Positions 52,637 to 62,409 of a stretch of DNA of 64,000 nt are shown piece after piece. Every line of letters starts with the position of its first letter. Within the stretch, counting starts at the first letter, position 1. The position numbers and the translations under genes were made by a program. This DNA comes from Squalus acanthias (taxonomy: Eukaryota), in NCBI GenBank assembly GCA_030390025.1, contig CM059433.1, positions 20,338,001-20,402,000 on the forward strand. The letters run 5' to 3'. The notes under the pieces are model-generated. The model was not told the DNA's origin. It was given only the letters and a program-made list of their open reading frames with translations, and did not search any database.

Positions 52637-53348
52637 CTAATACTACTACTACTACCTTCATCACATCTCCGTTGTAATAGTGGACCTGCAGCTCATAGTC
52701 AGCTATCCACTTGTGCTCCCGCCAGGTTTCACTGGAGTGTTTCACACCAGGCGTACTTCACATCAGAAAAGGGTTAAACTAGCTAAAACGTTTCAAAATG
52801 GCATTACAGAGCCAATTTAGGGTTTGTTAAGGGCTTTAATGGCCTCTCCCGCCTCTTGGAGGCGGGACGGAGTCGGGAATCCCGCGACTGATTTTGTCAA
52901 AATTGCGTGGAGGTGGGATGGAGTCGGGATGGGGTCGGGACCCCCGACCCCGCAAATTTAACCCCCCACACGCCTCCAAACCCGACTCCATGGGTCATTC
53001 AAAATCCAGCCCACTGTGTCTCCAGTATAAATGACTTTTGGAAAGTGCAAAATCACTTTCAACTTGAACCTCAGGTAATCATGAAATTGGAATCTGTTAA
53101 CAATAAGGTGAGGTTTTCCACACTGGCCAAAAAAAATTCAAACACGGTGACAGCATCTCAGCAACAGGGTAACTTACTATGACATCATCTTACCTGGTAA
53201 CCATACAGACTGACAGTAAAAAAATCATTTCAAGTCGGAATTAGTGTGTCAACTTGGCTAAGTTAATAACGCTCTGGCCTCAGAATCAGATGGGTTCGGG
53301 TTCTAACTCCACTGAAGGATTTGAGTGCGGAATCACATTCTGTTGTCT

Positions 53349-54097
53349 TACTGGGGCAGCACTGTGTTGTGGGAGATGTCGTCTTACTGGGGCAGCACTG
53401 TATTGTGGGAGATGTTGTCATACCGGGGCAGCACTGTATTGTGGGAGATGTTGTCATACTGGGGCAGCACTGTATTGTGGGAGATGTTGTCATACTGGGG
53501 CAGCACTGTATTGTGGGAGATGTCGTCTTACTGGGGCAGCACTGTATTGTGGGAGATGTTGTCATACCGCGGCAGCACTGTATTGTGGGAGATGTTGTCA
53601 TACCGGGGCAGCACTGTATTGTGGGAGATGTTGTCATACTGGGGCAGCACTGTATTGTGGGAGATGTTGTCATACCGAGGCAGCACTGTATTGTGGGAGA
53701 TGGTGTCATACTGGGGCAGCACTGTATTGTGGGAGATGTTGTCATACTGGGGTAGCACTGTATTGTGGGAGATGTTGTCATACTGGGGCAGCACTGTATT
53801 GTGGGAGATGTTGTCATACTGGGGTAGCACTGTATTGTGGGAGATGTTGTCATACTGGGGCAGCACTGTATTGTGGGAGATGTTGTCATACTGGGGCAGC
53901 ACTGTATTGTGGGAGATGTTGTCATACTGGGGCAGCACTGTATTGTGGGAGATGTTGTCATACCGAGGCAGCACTGTATTGTGGGAGATGTTGTCATACT
54001 GGGGCAGCACTGTATTGTGGGAGATGTTGTCATACGGGGCAGCACTGTATTGTGGGAGATGTTGTCATACTGGGGCAGTACTGTATTGTGGGAGATG
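53349..54097 (+). repeat. 36-bp minisatellite, about 21 copies
   Basis: Unit ctggggcagcactgtattgtgggagatgttgtcata, head-to-tail without spacers; one 1-nt deletion near 54035. Confidence 0.97.
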
Positions 54098-54602
54098 CCG
54101 CCCTCCAGATTAGACGCTACAGTGAGGTCCTATTTACCTGTGCAGGTATCGATTGGACGCATAGCAGGCAGGTCTACCGTTGTACTGACCAACGTTCTTC
54201 CTTCACCCTCCACTGTGTATCTTGAGAAACCACCCCAGCTTTCTCAATAATAATATCTCTTTGCAGAGCCATGTACACGTGAGACATTGAGCAAACTGAC
54301 GGTAAAAAGTTTGTAATGAAAAGTGAACACAAGACAAAATGAGGAATTGAAAGCAGTGACAGTGCATGAAGCTTTCACACATGCGGTGTGAACTTGGTGT
54401 TTAATGTCTACTTCGAACAGTACTGAGGTGATCCACATAATTGTTATGTCTCAGGTTCTACGGGGTCAATATAAGGACTAAAATCGACCCATAAGTTATT
54501 GATTAAAAACAGTTAATTAAACGTTATATAATATTAAAAATAACAACAGAAAACGCTGGAAAAACTCAGCAGGCCAGGCAGCATCCGTGGAGAGAGAAAG
54601 AG

Positions 54603-54639
54603 AGTTGACGTTTCAGGTCGATGACCTTTCATCAGAACT
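54603..54639 (-). ncRNA. Minimal type-I hammerhead ribozyme motif with GUC triplet
   Basis: AGTT-CTGATGA-A-AGGTC(ATC)GACCT-GAAA-CG-TC-AACT, sense to the Penelope ORF; predicted cut after position 54607. Confidence 0.82.
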
Positions 54640-54915
54640 GGGAAGAGCTGGAAATCAAATAGATTTAAGGCCAGGGTAAAGCTGGGAAAAGGGGGAGGGG
54701 ATAAAGGAACAAAGGAGGAGATGAAGAGACATTAAGAGACATTAAGAGATATGCAAGGCTAGAGGTGGTGTTAATGTGACAGATTAAGGCTGAATGAAGT
54801 GTGAAATCCACTGGCAGAATGAAGGACAGCTGCCAGCTTCTAGGAGGAAAAAAAAGGTGGGGGGGACAAATAAAAGGGTGGATAAAATAAAATATAAATG
54901 TGATTGGAGCTGAGG

Positions 54916-57666
54916 TTATGATCTAAAATTGTTGAACTCGATATTGAGTCCAGAGGGCTGTAGCGTGCCTAAACGAAAGATGAGGTGCTGTTCCTCGAGC
55001 TTACGCTGAGCTTCCGTGGAACAGTGTAATAGGCCGAGGACGGTGAGGTCAGAGTGGGAGTGAAGCGGTGAATTAAAGTGACAGGCCACCGGGAGCTCGG
55101 GGTCCCCCTTACGGACTGAACGGAGGTGTTCCGCAAAGCGGTCACCCAATCTGCGTTTGGTCTCCCCAATGTAGAGGAGTCCACATCGTGAGCAGCGAAT
55201 ACAGTATACTAAATTGCAGGAAGTACAAGTAAATCGCTGTTTCACCTGGAAGGGGTGTTTGGGGCCCTGGACAGTGGGAAGAGGGGAGGTATAAGGGCAT
55301 GTGTTGCATCTCCTGCGCGTGCACGGGAAGGTGCCGGGCGAAGGGGAAGGGGTGCTGGGGGTGGTAGAGGAGTGGACTAGGGTGTCGCGGAGGGAGCGGT
55401 CCCTGCGGAATGCTGAAAGGGGAGGTGAGGGGAAGATGTGTTTGGTGGTGGGATCACGCTGGAGGTGGCGGAAATGGCGGAGGATGATCCGTTGAATGTG
55501 GAGGCTGGTGGGGTGAAAGGTGAGGACAAGGGGAACCCTATCGTGGTTCCGGGAGGGAGGGGCAGGGGTGAGGGCAGATGTGCGGGAGATAGAACGGACA
55601 CGGTCGAGGGCCGTGTCGACCACGGTAGAGGGGAATCCTCGGTTGAGGAAAAAGGAAGACATGTCGGAAGCACTGGTATGGAAGGTGGCATCATCAGAGC
55701 AGATGCGGCGGAGACGGAGAAACTGGGAGAATGGAATAGAGTCCTTACAGGAGGCGGGGTGGGAGGAAGTGTAGTCCAGGTAGCTGTGGGAGTCGGTGGG
55801 CTTGTAGTGAATGTTAGTCAATAACCTATCCCCAGAGATGGAGATGGAGAAGTCGAGGAAGGGAAGGGAAGAGTCGGAGATGGACCATGTGAAGGTGAGG
55901 GAAGGGTGGAAATTGGAAGCATAGTGAATGAAATGTTCTAGTTCAGGGCGAGAGCAGGAGACGGCACCGATACAGTCATCAATGTACCGGAAAAAGAGGT
56001 GAGGGAGGGGACCCGAGTAGGACTGGAACAAAGAGTGTTCCACATATCCCACGAAAAGGCAGGCATAGCTAGGACCCATGCGGGTACCCATAGCAACACC
56101 TTTAATTTGGAGGAAATGGGTAGAGTCAAAGGAGAAGTTGTTCAATGTGAGAACAAGTTCAGCCAGGCGGAGGAGGGTGGTGGTGGATGGGGACTGGTTG
56201 GGCCTCTGTTCAAGGAAGAAGCGGAGCGCCCTCAGGCCATCCTGGTGGGGAATGGAGGTGTAGAGGGATTGTACGTCCATAGTGAAGAGGAGACGGTTGG
56301 GGCCGGGAAACTGGAAACTGTTAAAATGGCGGAGGGCATCGGAAGAGTCGCGGATGTAGGTGGGAAGAGACTGGACAAGGGGAGAAAAAATAGAGTCGAG
56401 ATAGGAAGAGATAAGTTCCGTGGGGCAAGAACAGGCTGAAACGATGGGTCTACCGGGGCAGTCCTGTTTGTGGATCTTGGGAAGGAGGTAGAAGCGGGCT
56501 GTGCGGGGTTGGGGAACTATGAGGTTGGCGGCCGTGGGGGGAAGATCTCCAGAGGAGATGAGGTCAGTGACAGTCTTGGACACGGTGGCTTGATGTTCGG
56601 TAGTGGGGTCATGGTCCAGGTGGAGGTAGGAGGAGGTGTCAGAGAGTTGGCGTTCAACTTCCGCTAGGTAGAGGTCGGTACGCCAAACAACAACAGCGCC
56701 ACCCTTGTCAGCAGGTTTAATGACAATGTCAGGGTTGGATCGGAGAGAATGGAGTGCTGCAAGTTCAGAGGGAGGTAGGTTGGAGTGAGTGAGGGGAGCA
56801 GAGAAATTGAGCTGGCCGATGTCACGGCGGCAGTTAGCAATGAAAAGATCAAGAGAGGGTAAGAGGCCAGAGGGAGGGGTCCAGGTGGAACGAGAATTCT
56901 GAAAGCGGGAGAAAGGGTCAGCCGTGCGGGGGGAAGACTCCTGGCCAGAGAAGTGGGCACGGAGACGGAGGCGGCGGAAAAAGAGCTCAGCATCGTGCCG
57001 AGCTCGAAATTCATTGAGATGGGGGCGTAAGGGGATGAAGCTCAGGCCTTTGCTGAGGACTGATCGTTCGGAGTCAGAGAGGGGAAGGTCAGAGGGGATA
57101 GTGAAAACGCGGCAGGGGGTGAGATTGGGAGAAGGGGCGTCAGAGGAAAGTGAAGGGGAAGAAGGTTCCGGAGGGGCTTTAGTGTCCAAGAGTTGTTGAA
57201 GCTTGCGATCCTTGACATCGGAAAGGAAGAAGAAAAGTTTTTTGTTGAAGCGTCGGATGAGTCTAAGGATGAAATGGAACTGTGGACCCGGACAGCTTTG
57301 AGATAGAGTGCGTCGGTGCTGCTGAAGAGAGATGTCGAGAGTGTTCATGTGGCGCCGCATGGCATTGAGCGTGGATCTCAAGATGCGGCGAGAGCAGTAG
57401 TTCGAGGAACGATGAATATCTTGGAGATATTTGTAATCCTGGGTGGATCCGAAACACGAAGGGTGGAAGTTTAGTTGGAATCCACGTGGGATAAGTCGGA
57501 ACCGGAGACAGTTGCTGAGGAAAGTAATGTGGCTGTGAAACCGAGTCTTGGCAGATACCTGATCAAACACGAGAAGGGAAACTGAAATCAATGAAGATGA
57601 ACAAGGTTGAAGAGCCAAACGGAAATCCCGTCGAAGAGAAGAGCAGAACTTCTTCAAGGTAGGCAT
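54916..57666 (-). CDS. Penelope-like RT + GIY-YIG endonuclease (916 aa from MPTLKKF)
   Basis: PADKGGAVV, YLLPKIHK, GRPIVS, TMDVQSLYTSIP, GVAMGT, FRYIDD, FLD, CxxxxCxxC linker, VYCIRC..C..YIGET, ACHFN, GLN. The track's 57816 ATG lies outside the TSD. Confidence 0.95.
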   Translation of the reverse strand: MPTLKKFCSSLRRDFRLALQPCSSSLISVSLLVFDQVSAKTRFHSHITFLSNCLRFRLIPRGFQLNFHPSCFGSTQDYKYLQDIHRSSNYCSRRILRSTLNAMRRHMNTLDISLQQHRRTLSQSCPGPQFHFILRLIRRFNKKLFFFLSDVKDRKLQQLLDTKAPPEPSSPSLSSDAPSPNLTPCRVFTIPSDLPLSDSERSVLSKGLSFIPLRPHLNEFRARHDAELFFRRLRLRAHFSGQESSPRTADPFSRFQNSRSTWTPPSGLLPSLDLFIANCRRDIGQLNFSAPLTHSNLPPSELAALHSLRSNPDIVIKPADKGGAVVVWRTDLYLAEVERQLSDTSSYLHLDHDPTTEHQATVSKTVTDLISSGDLPPTAANLIVPQPRTARFYLLPKIHKQDCPGRPIVSACSCPTELISSYLDSIFSPLVQSLPTYIRDSSDALRHFNSFQFPGPNRLLFTMDVQSLYTSIPHQDGLRALRFFLEQRPNQSPSTTTLLRLAELVLTLNNFSFDSTHFLQIKGVAMGTRMGPSYACLFVGYVEHSLFQSYSGPLPHLFFRYIDDCIGAVSCSRPELEHFIHYASNFHPSLTFTWSISDSSLPFLDFSISISGDRLLTNIHYKPTDSHSYLDYTSSHPASCKDSIPFSQFLRLRRICSDDATFHTSASDMSSFFLNRGFPSTVVDTALDRVRSISRTSALTPAPPSRNHDRVPLVLTFHPTSLHIQRIILRHFRHLQRDPTTKHIFPSPPLSAFRRDRSLRDTLVHSSTTPSTPSPSPGTFPCTRRRCNTCPYTSPLPTVQGPKHPFQVKQRFTCTSCNLVYCIRCSRCGLLYIGETKRRLGDRFAEHLRSVRKGDPELPVACHFNSPLHSHSDLTVLGLLHCSTEAQRKLEEQHLIFRLGTLQPSGLNIEFNNFRS

Positions 57667-57897
57667 TCCAAGAAGAGAGGTGGCAGTGAACCAAACACTA
57701 ATACGATAGCAAAATACTGCGGATGCTGGAAATCCGAAATAACAACAGAAAACGCTGGAAAAACTCAGCGTGTATGCTATCCAGTTATATAATATTAACT
57801 GGACACTTGTAGCCATGAGGGACTGGTTTGATTACAGTATTGGTAGAGTTCTGCAACCACTGTTACTTGTTCTATGATTTCTGTGTCTGGACTCTCT

Positions 57898-58065
57898 GGG
57901 GATGAAATTCGACTTGGGCATGGACATAAAGCGGGCAGTTACGGATCTGCTGCCCTTTAATTGCCCCGCTCAATATGGAGTTCAACTGAATATCCAGCAG
58001 TGCGTATAACTGGCAGCAGATGTGATCTCGTCCGTTTCCCGATCCCGCCCAAGTCGGTTTACCCC
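57898..58065. mobile_element. Degenerate palindromic MITE related to 23845-24033
   Basis: ggggatgaaattcgacttgggc / gcccaagtcggtttacccc arms; shared ctgaatatc...gcgtata core. Confidence 0.55.
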
Positions 58066-58743
58066 CTTCTATCCTTCAACCTTAACATCGTGTATGCTAT
58101 CATGTTTATTCCATAATGTCAGAAATGGCTCTAAAAAGGGGAGGTCGAGTCATGTTCCAATTAATTTTGCCATGGATCTTGATGACCTCAGCCATGCCAA
58201 CAGAGGAGGTACAGAACAAAGGTCAGCACGCAGTCACTGAAAGGAGAGAAAAGTCTGAGGGTGAACTGCCCCAGATACGCATTGGCTTGTGGTCAACTGA
58301 GGAATAAGCTTGGCAGAGGCTGGGGAAGATGGCCCATAGCTGGAAAAAGCAGAAGAGAAGTTGAGTCAAATCAAGAAGTAGTGGCTAAGATTATGCCAAG
58401 TTTGGATTTTAAAAGCCAGAAGATCATTAAAAATATACAACATTTGTAGATTTTTGTTCTTCTTTCCACTCTTCATTTGCATGTTTGACATGTTTATTAT
58501 ATATATATAATTGTTATCCACTGAAAGGGAGGTCATCCCACCCTAGGACTCCTGCTTGTTAAATGAGGACAGCAGAGAAGCAAAAATACTTTAAGCAGGC
58601 AGAGCGTACAGGGTGGAGAAATGACAAAAAAAATGTTTTGGAAAGAAAACTGATGTGATTGTTGGAAGTTATTTCCAGCTACTTTGGGGAATTGTGCACT
58701 GGTAGTTTTGAGTCATACTGCGTGACAGAGAATTTGTATTTTT

Positions 58744-59752
58744 GGGGGCGATTTTCCCTGAATACCTTAGGCGCTGAAGAACCTCCAAGGTGGCCAAGTT
58801 GGGTCTTGAGCTGCAACGCCGGTTTAGCCAGTCATCTTGGTAAAGGAGTTGAAGCCAGCACTAGAAACCGCCACCCAGAGGTTCATTCAGGGGCTGATTG
58901 CCAATTAAATTTCCTGCTAGCCCTCATTAAAGAGGCTACATGGTATTTTGGTGGCTAGCGCTTCACCAAACACCCTCTCCTAACAGCGACCAGCTGATTG
59001 GGAGTAAACAAGTTATTGCTGAGACTTTCGAGTGCCACTTAAAGCCATGCTCAACCTTCACTGTTCATTTGCTGCTGAAGCTTTGAAGAGGACTTTTGAG
59101 ACGCATTGGGAGACTTTCTGGGACACTTTGCCAAGACTTCACCAACACTCTTATCAAAATTTATTCTGGGCATTGTCTGAGGACTTCACCTAAAAAGAGT
59201 GGGTGCTGTGCTACTCTACCTTATTGGACACCTTATAGGAGTCACCAGGAGAAAGGGAGTGCTTGGTCATTGGCATCTTGTTCGGGCTCTCCCTTGATCT
59301 GGAGGAGGAATGGGAGGAGGACATGAAGCCAGGCAGAGCAGCACCAGCTGCTGCAGGAGAGAGGGACAGGAGGGCGAGGTGGACTCCTTCCCCTCACGGG
59401 TACAGGACATCCCTCCTCCTCTGGACCTCCTCCACCAGGACCTCCAGTGCCGCGTCCGAGAACCTGTGTGCCCTCTACCTCGGTCCCTGAGCCATCCTGA
59501 AACGTGCCATTGTGTGTCAGCCAGCGCACTCCACACCTTCAGTGGAAGTGGGTGCATGGAGCCCACGTGCGCTGCTCCACGAAAATTGCTTCTAATCAAC
59601 ACTTGAGAGCTAAACCTGTGGGCAATTTCAAATCATGGTAATCAGCAATTAGGCCAAAAATTACGTGCTGAAACCAGACTTTCAAACAGGCGTGTCTTAT
59701 CAACACACCACCCACTTAGTGCCTGATTTCACCATTTCACCAAAATAACCCC
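58744..59752. mobile_element. Internally deleted Harbinger-like element with Myb/SANT remnant
   Basis: Ends ggggcgatttt / aaaataacccc; minus strand about 59474-59396 reads RAHRFSDAALEVLVEEVQRRRDVLYP. Confidence 0.72.
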
Positions 59753-60042
59753 CATCTAGTTTTCATTAAGTGTTACCGCAACTTCACAATATTCATGCAA
59801 TGCTCTTTGAGGCTTCCTCTGAATCTATTTAAAGAATGCTGCCTCAGTTTTAAAGCAAGTGTTATTCACAGCTTCTGTGCATGCACCGTTTGGTGTGGCA
59901 TCCACTCATCCTTGGCTGTTTTGCTGGGGGACTTGACACACTGGACTGGTTTCGGGATTGTTAGTACATCTTCCAGGGAGAACACCATTTTCTCTGTGTG
60001 ACAGCAATAAAGACGTGCAATTGAAAGACCTTTCAAATAACA

Positions 60043-60227
60043 AGCAAAACACTGCGGATGCTGGAAATCTGAAATAAAAACATTAAATGCTGGGAATACT
60101 CAGCAGGTCAGGCAGCATCTGTGGAGAGAGAAATAGACGAAAGGTCATCGACCAGAAACGGGAACTCTGTTTTTCTCTCCACAGATGCTGCCTGACCTGC
60201 TCAGTGTTTCCAGCATTTTCTGTTTTT
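60043..60227. mobile_element. Fold-back insertion made of two inverted Penelope pLTR pieces
   Basis: Arms match 57710-57769, 42035-42095 and their reverse complement; partial hammerhead at 60137-60167; 13-bp TSD ctttcaaataaca (60030-60042, 60228-60240). Confidence 0.8.
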
Positions 60228-60294
60228 CTTTCAAATAACAGAACCGACTTAGATTATTCCTCCATTCCTTCCCCTGTTATTTCAGTTATGTTAA

Positions 60295-60730
60295 CCATGG
60301 CTCAGTTGGTACCACACTTGCCTCTTGCGTCTCAAGGTCGTGGGTTCAACTCCCACTCCAAAGCATTCAGCACAAAATCCAGGCTGACACTCCAGTGCAG
60401 TGCTGCGGGAGTGCCGCGCTGTCGGAGGTGCCGTCTTTCGGATGAGACGTTAAACTGAGGCCCCGTTTGCCCTCTCAGGTGGACGTAAACGATCCCATGG
60501 CACTATTTCGAAAAAGTGCAGGGGAGTTCTACCCAGTGTCCGAGCCAACATTTGTCCCTCAGCCAACATAACAAAAACAGATTATTTGGTCATTATCACA
60601 TTGCTGTTTGTGAGAGTTTGTTGTGCGCAATTTGCTAAATTACAACAGTGACTTCACTTCATAAAGTACTTCATTTTCTGTAAAGCACTTTGGGACACCC
60701 AGAGGTGATGAAATGCAAGTCTTTCTTTCT
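60295..60730 (+). mobile_element. Full-length Deu-domain SINE
   Basis: tggctcagttgg (A box), ggttcaactcc (B box), Deu core and tail. Confidence 0.88.
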
Positions 60731-62079
60731 TTTCCTCTCCTGAAGGTGCTCTTTCTTGGTGATTCTGTGACCACTGTTCGTTTTTCAGCTCAGAAAGTGA
60801 GTGTTTGCAGGACTATTCAAGCACGGGTAGCATCAAAGCTGCATACGTTCCAACATGCATCACCAGACGGCCAACAGAAGGGGGAACCCGAGCTTATTTT
60901 CTCTTTCTTCCCACCAAGGTTAATGTGTGGAGTCTGGAGGTCAATTGGTATCGCCAGAACTGATGCCGCAGCTGAGATGAACTATCTCTGCTCAGACTGG
61001 GCATCAAATTCAGGTCTTTGGGCCGTATGGTTCAGTACCACCACAATACACAAACTCATTAAATTAGCCCATCAGCAAAATTATACCATGATTCATTAAA
61101 TGCTGCAATTCATTGATGTTACCTTGCATGAATGAATTCTCAATAGTTTCTTTTTAATGTTTTTTTCAGAAAACAATAGATTTAAAAAAAAAGAAAGCAA
61201 TTTATTTTGCATTGGAATGTGAAACATGCCTTTTATGTGAAGAAAAACTGCATCATATTTTATAAGCATCCGTCATAGAGTTTTAGTCCCCAGTAAATTG
61301 GCAGGATTTTTGGATGCCATTTTATTGGAGTGCTGTTCAAATGAGTGTTTCATTCATCGTAAGGTGAAAGTCTTGAGCCGTGTTACTACTATTCCCACAC
61401 TTGTATTAAAAATGGCTCAATTTCATGGCACAGATTAACATATTCCACATATAAAGGTCAATCATTTCTGGCCATTTTACCATCCACTATTTTGTACAAG
61501 CATATTTCCCATTTGGGTTCGGGAAACTCCAGGCATGTGTATACCATGCATGGTTATCTACTAAAGGTTACATAGCGAGATAGGGACCTGGAGGTCAGAG
61601 GTGACACATCATTAAAGGCCCTCAAGAAGTGCGAAGGCAAATCAGTTTACAGGTTGTATTGCCATGGCAACAAGTCAAAACTCTATACTTACAATGTACG
61701 AGAATTTGGTACAACTGTACTTTGAGTACTGTATTGGAGTTTTGGTCCTGTACATGGTGATAAATTGAGGGTTAGCTGGGATTAGAAGGATATTTACCAT
61801 TGGAGCTTCAATGAATTGCCTTCGGGAGTTGAAGAGAAATTCCCAGAGTTTTTCCCTAAATTGGCCTCAGTTTTTTTTCCCCCCATTTGATTTGCCTTCG
61901 CTAGGAGATTGTCTCCAGGGCAGTGTACGTAGCTCCATCAATGTCTGGCGGCAGCAGTGTTTGTAAACTGGATTGTCTTCTCCCATCTTTTCTTTTCCCA
62001 TATGTAAGTCATAGTGGAAATTCCTCCACTGTGACCTTGATCTACAGCGACACAGCAAAAACTGTAACATTCTACGTTT

Positions 62080-62330
62080 TAGAATCATAGAATGATACAG
62101 CACAGAAGGAGGCCATTCGGCCCATCGTGCCTGTGCCGGCTCTTTGAAAGAGCTCTCCAATTAGTCCCATTCCCCTGCCCTTACCCCATAGCCCTGCAAA
62201 TTTTTCCCCTTCAAGTATATATCCAATTCCTTTTAGAAAGTTAGTATTGAATTTTCTTCCATCACCCTCTCAGGCAAGGCATTCCAGATCATAACAATTC
62301 GCTCCATGAAAAAAAACTCCTCAGGTCGCC
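62080..62330 (-). mobile_element. CR1 LINE 3' end
   Basis: agaatcatagaatgatacagcacagaagg is the reverse complement of the 21430-21480 3' UTR/tail. Confidence 0.85.
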
Positions 62331-62409
62331 TCTGTTTTCATTTTGCTTCATCTACAATTGATCAATTTTCCCAATTAACAGCTTAAGTTTTCCAGTTTCT
62401 AAGGACGTA

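Larger units (their letters stand above)
54538..57783 (-). mobile_element. Near full-length Penelope-like element (family B, Neptune-like)
   Basis: Intact ORF; 33-bp pLTR direct repeat (54538-54570 = 57737-57769); 15-bp TSD gttatataatattaa (54523-54537, 57784-57798). Confidence 0.95.

Noticed and set aside
53349..54097. CRISPR-like array or Cys-rich protein gene (ORFs 53254-54225 and others)
   Set aside because: Units are head-to-tail with no spacers, and there are no cas genes. ORFs occur in almost every frame because the unit is 36 bp; the sequence is SINE-derived.
57667..57816. Track start codon for a 966-aa Penelope protein
   Set aside because: The ATG lies outside the TSD in host DNA; the first element-internal ATG is at 57666.
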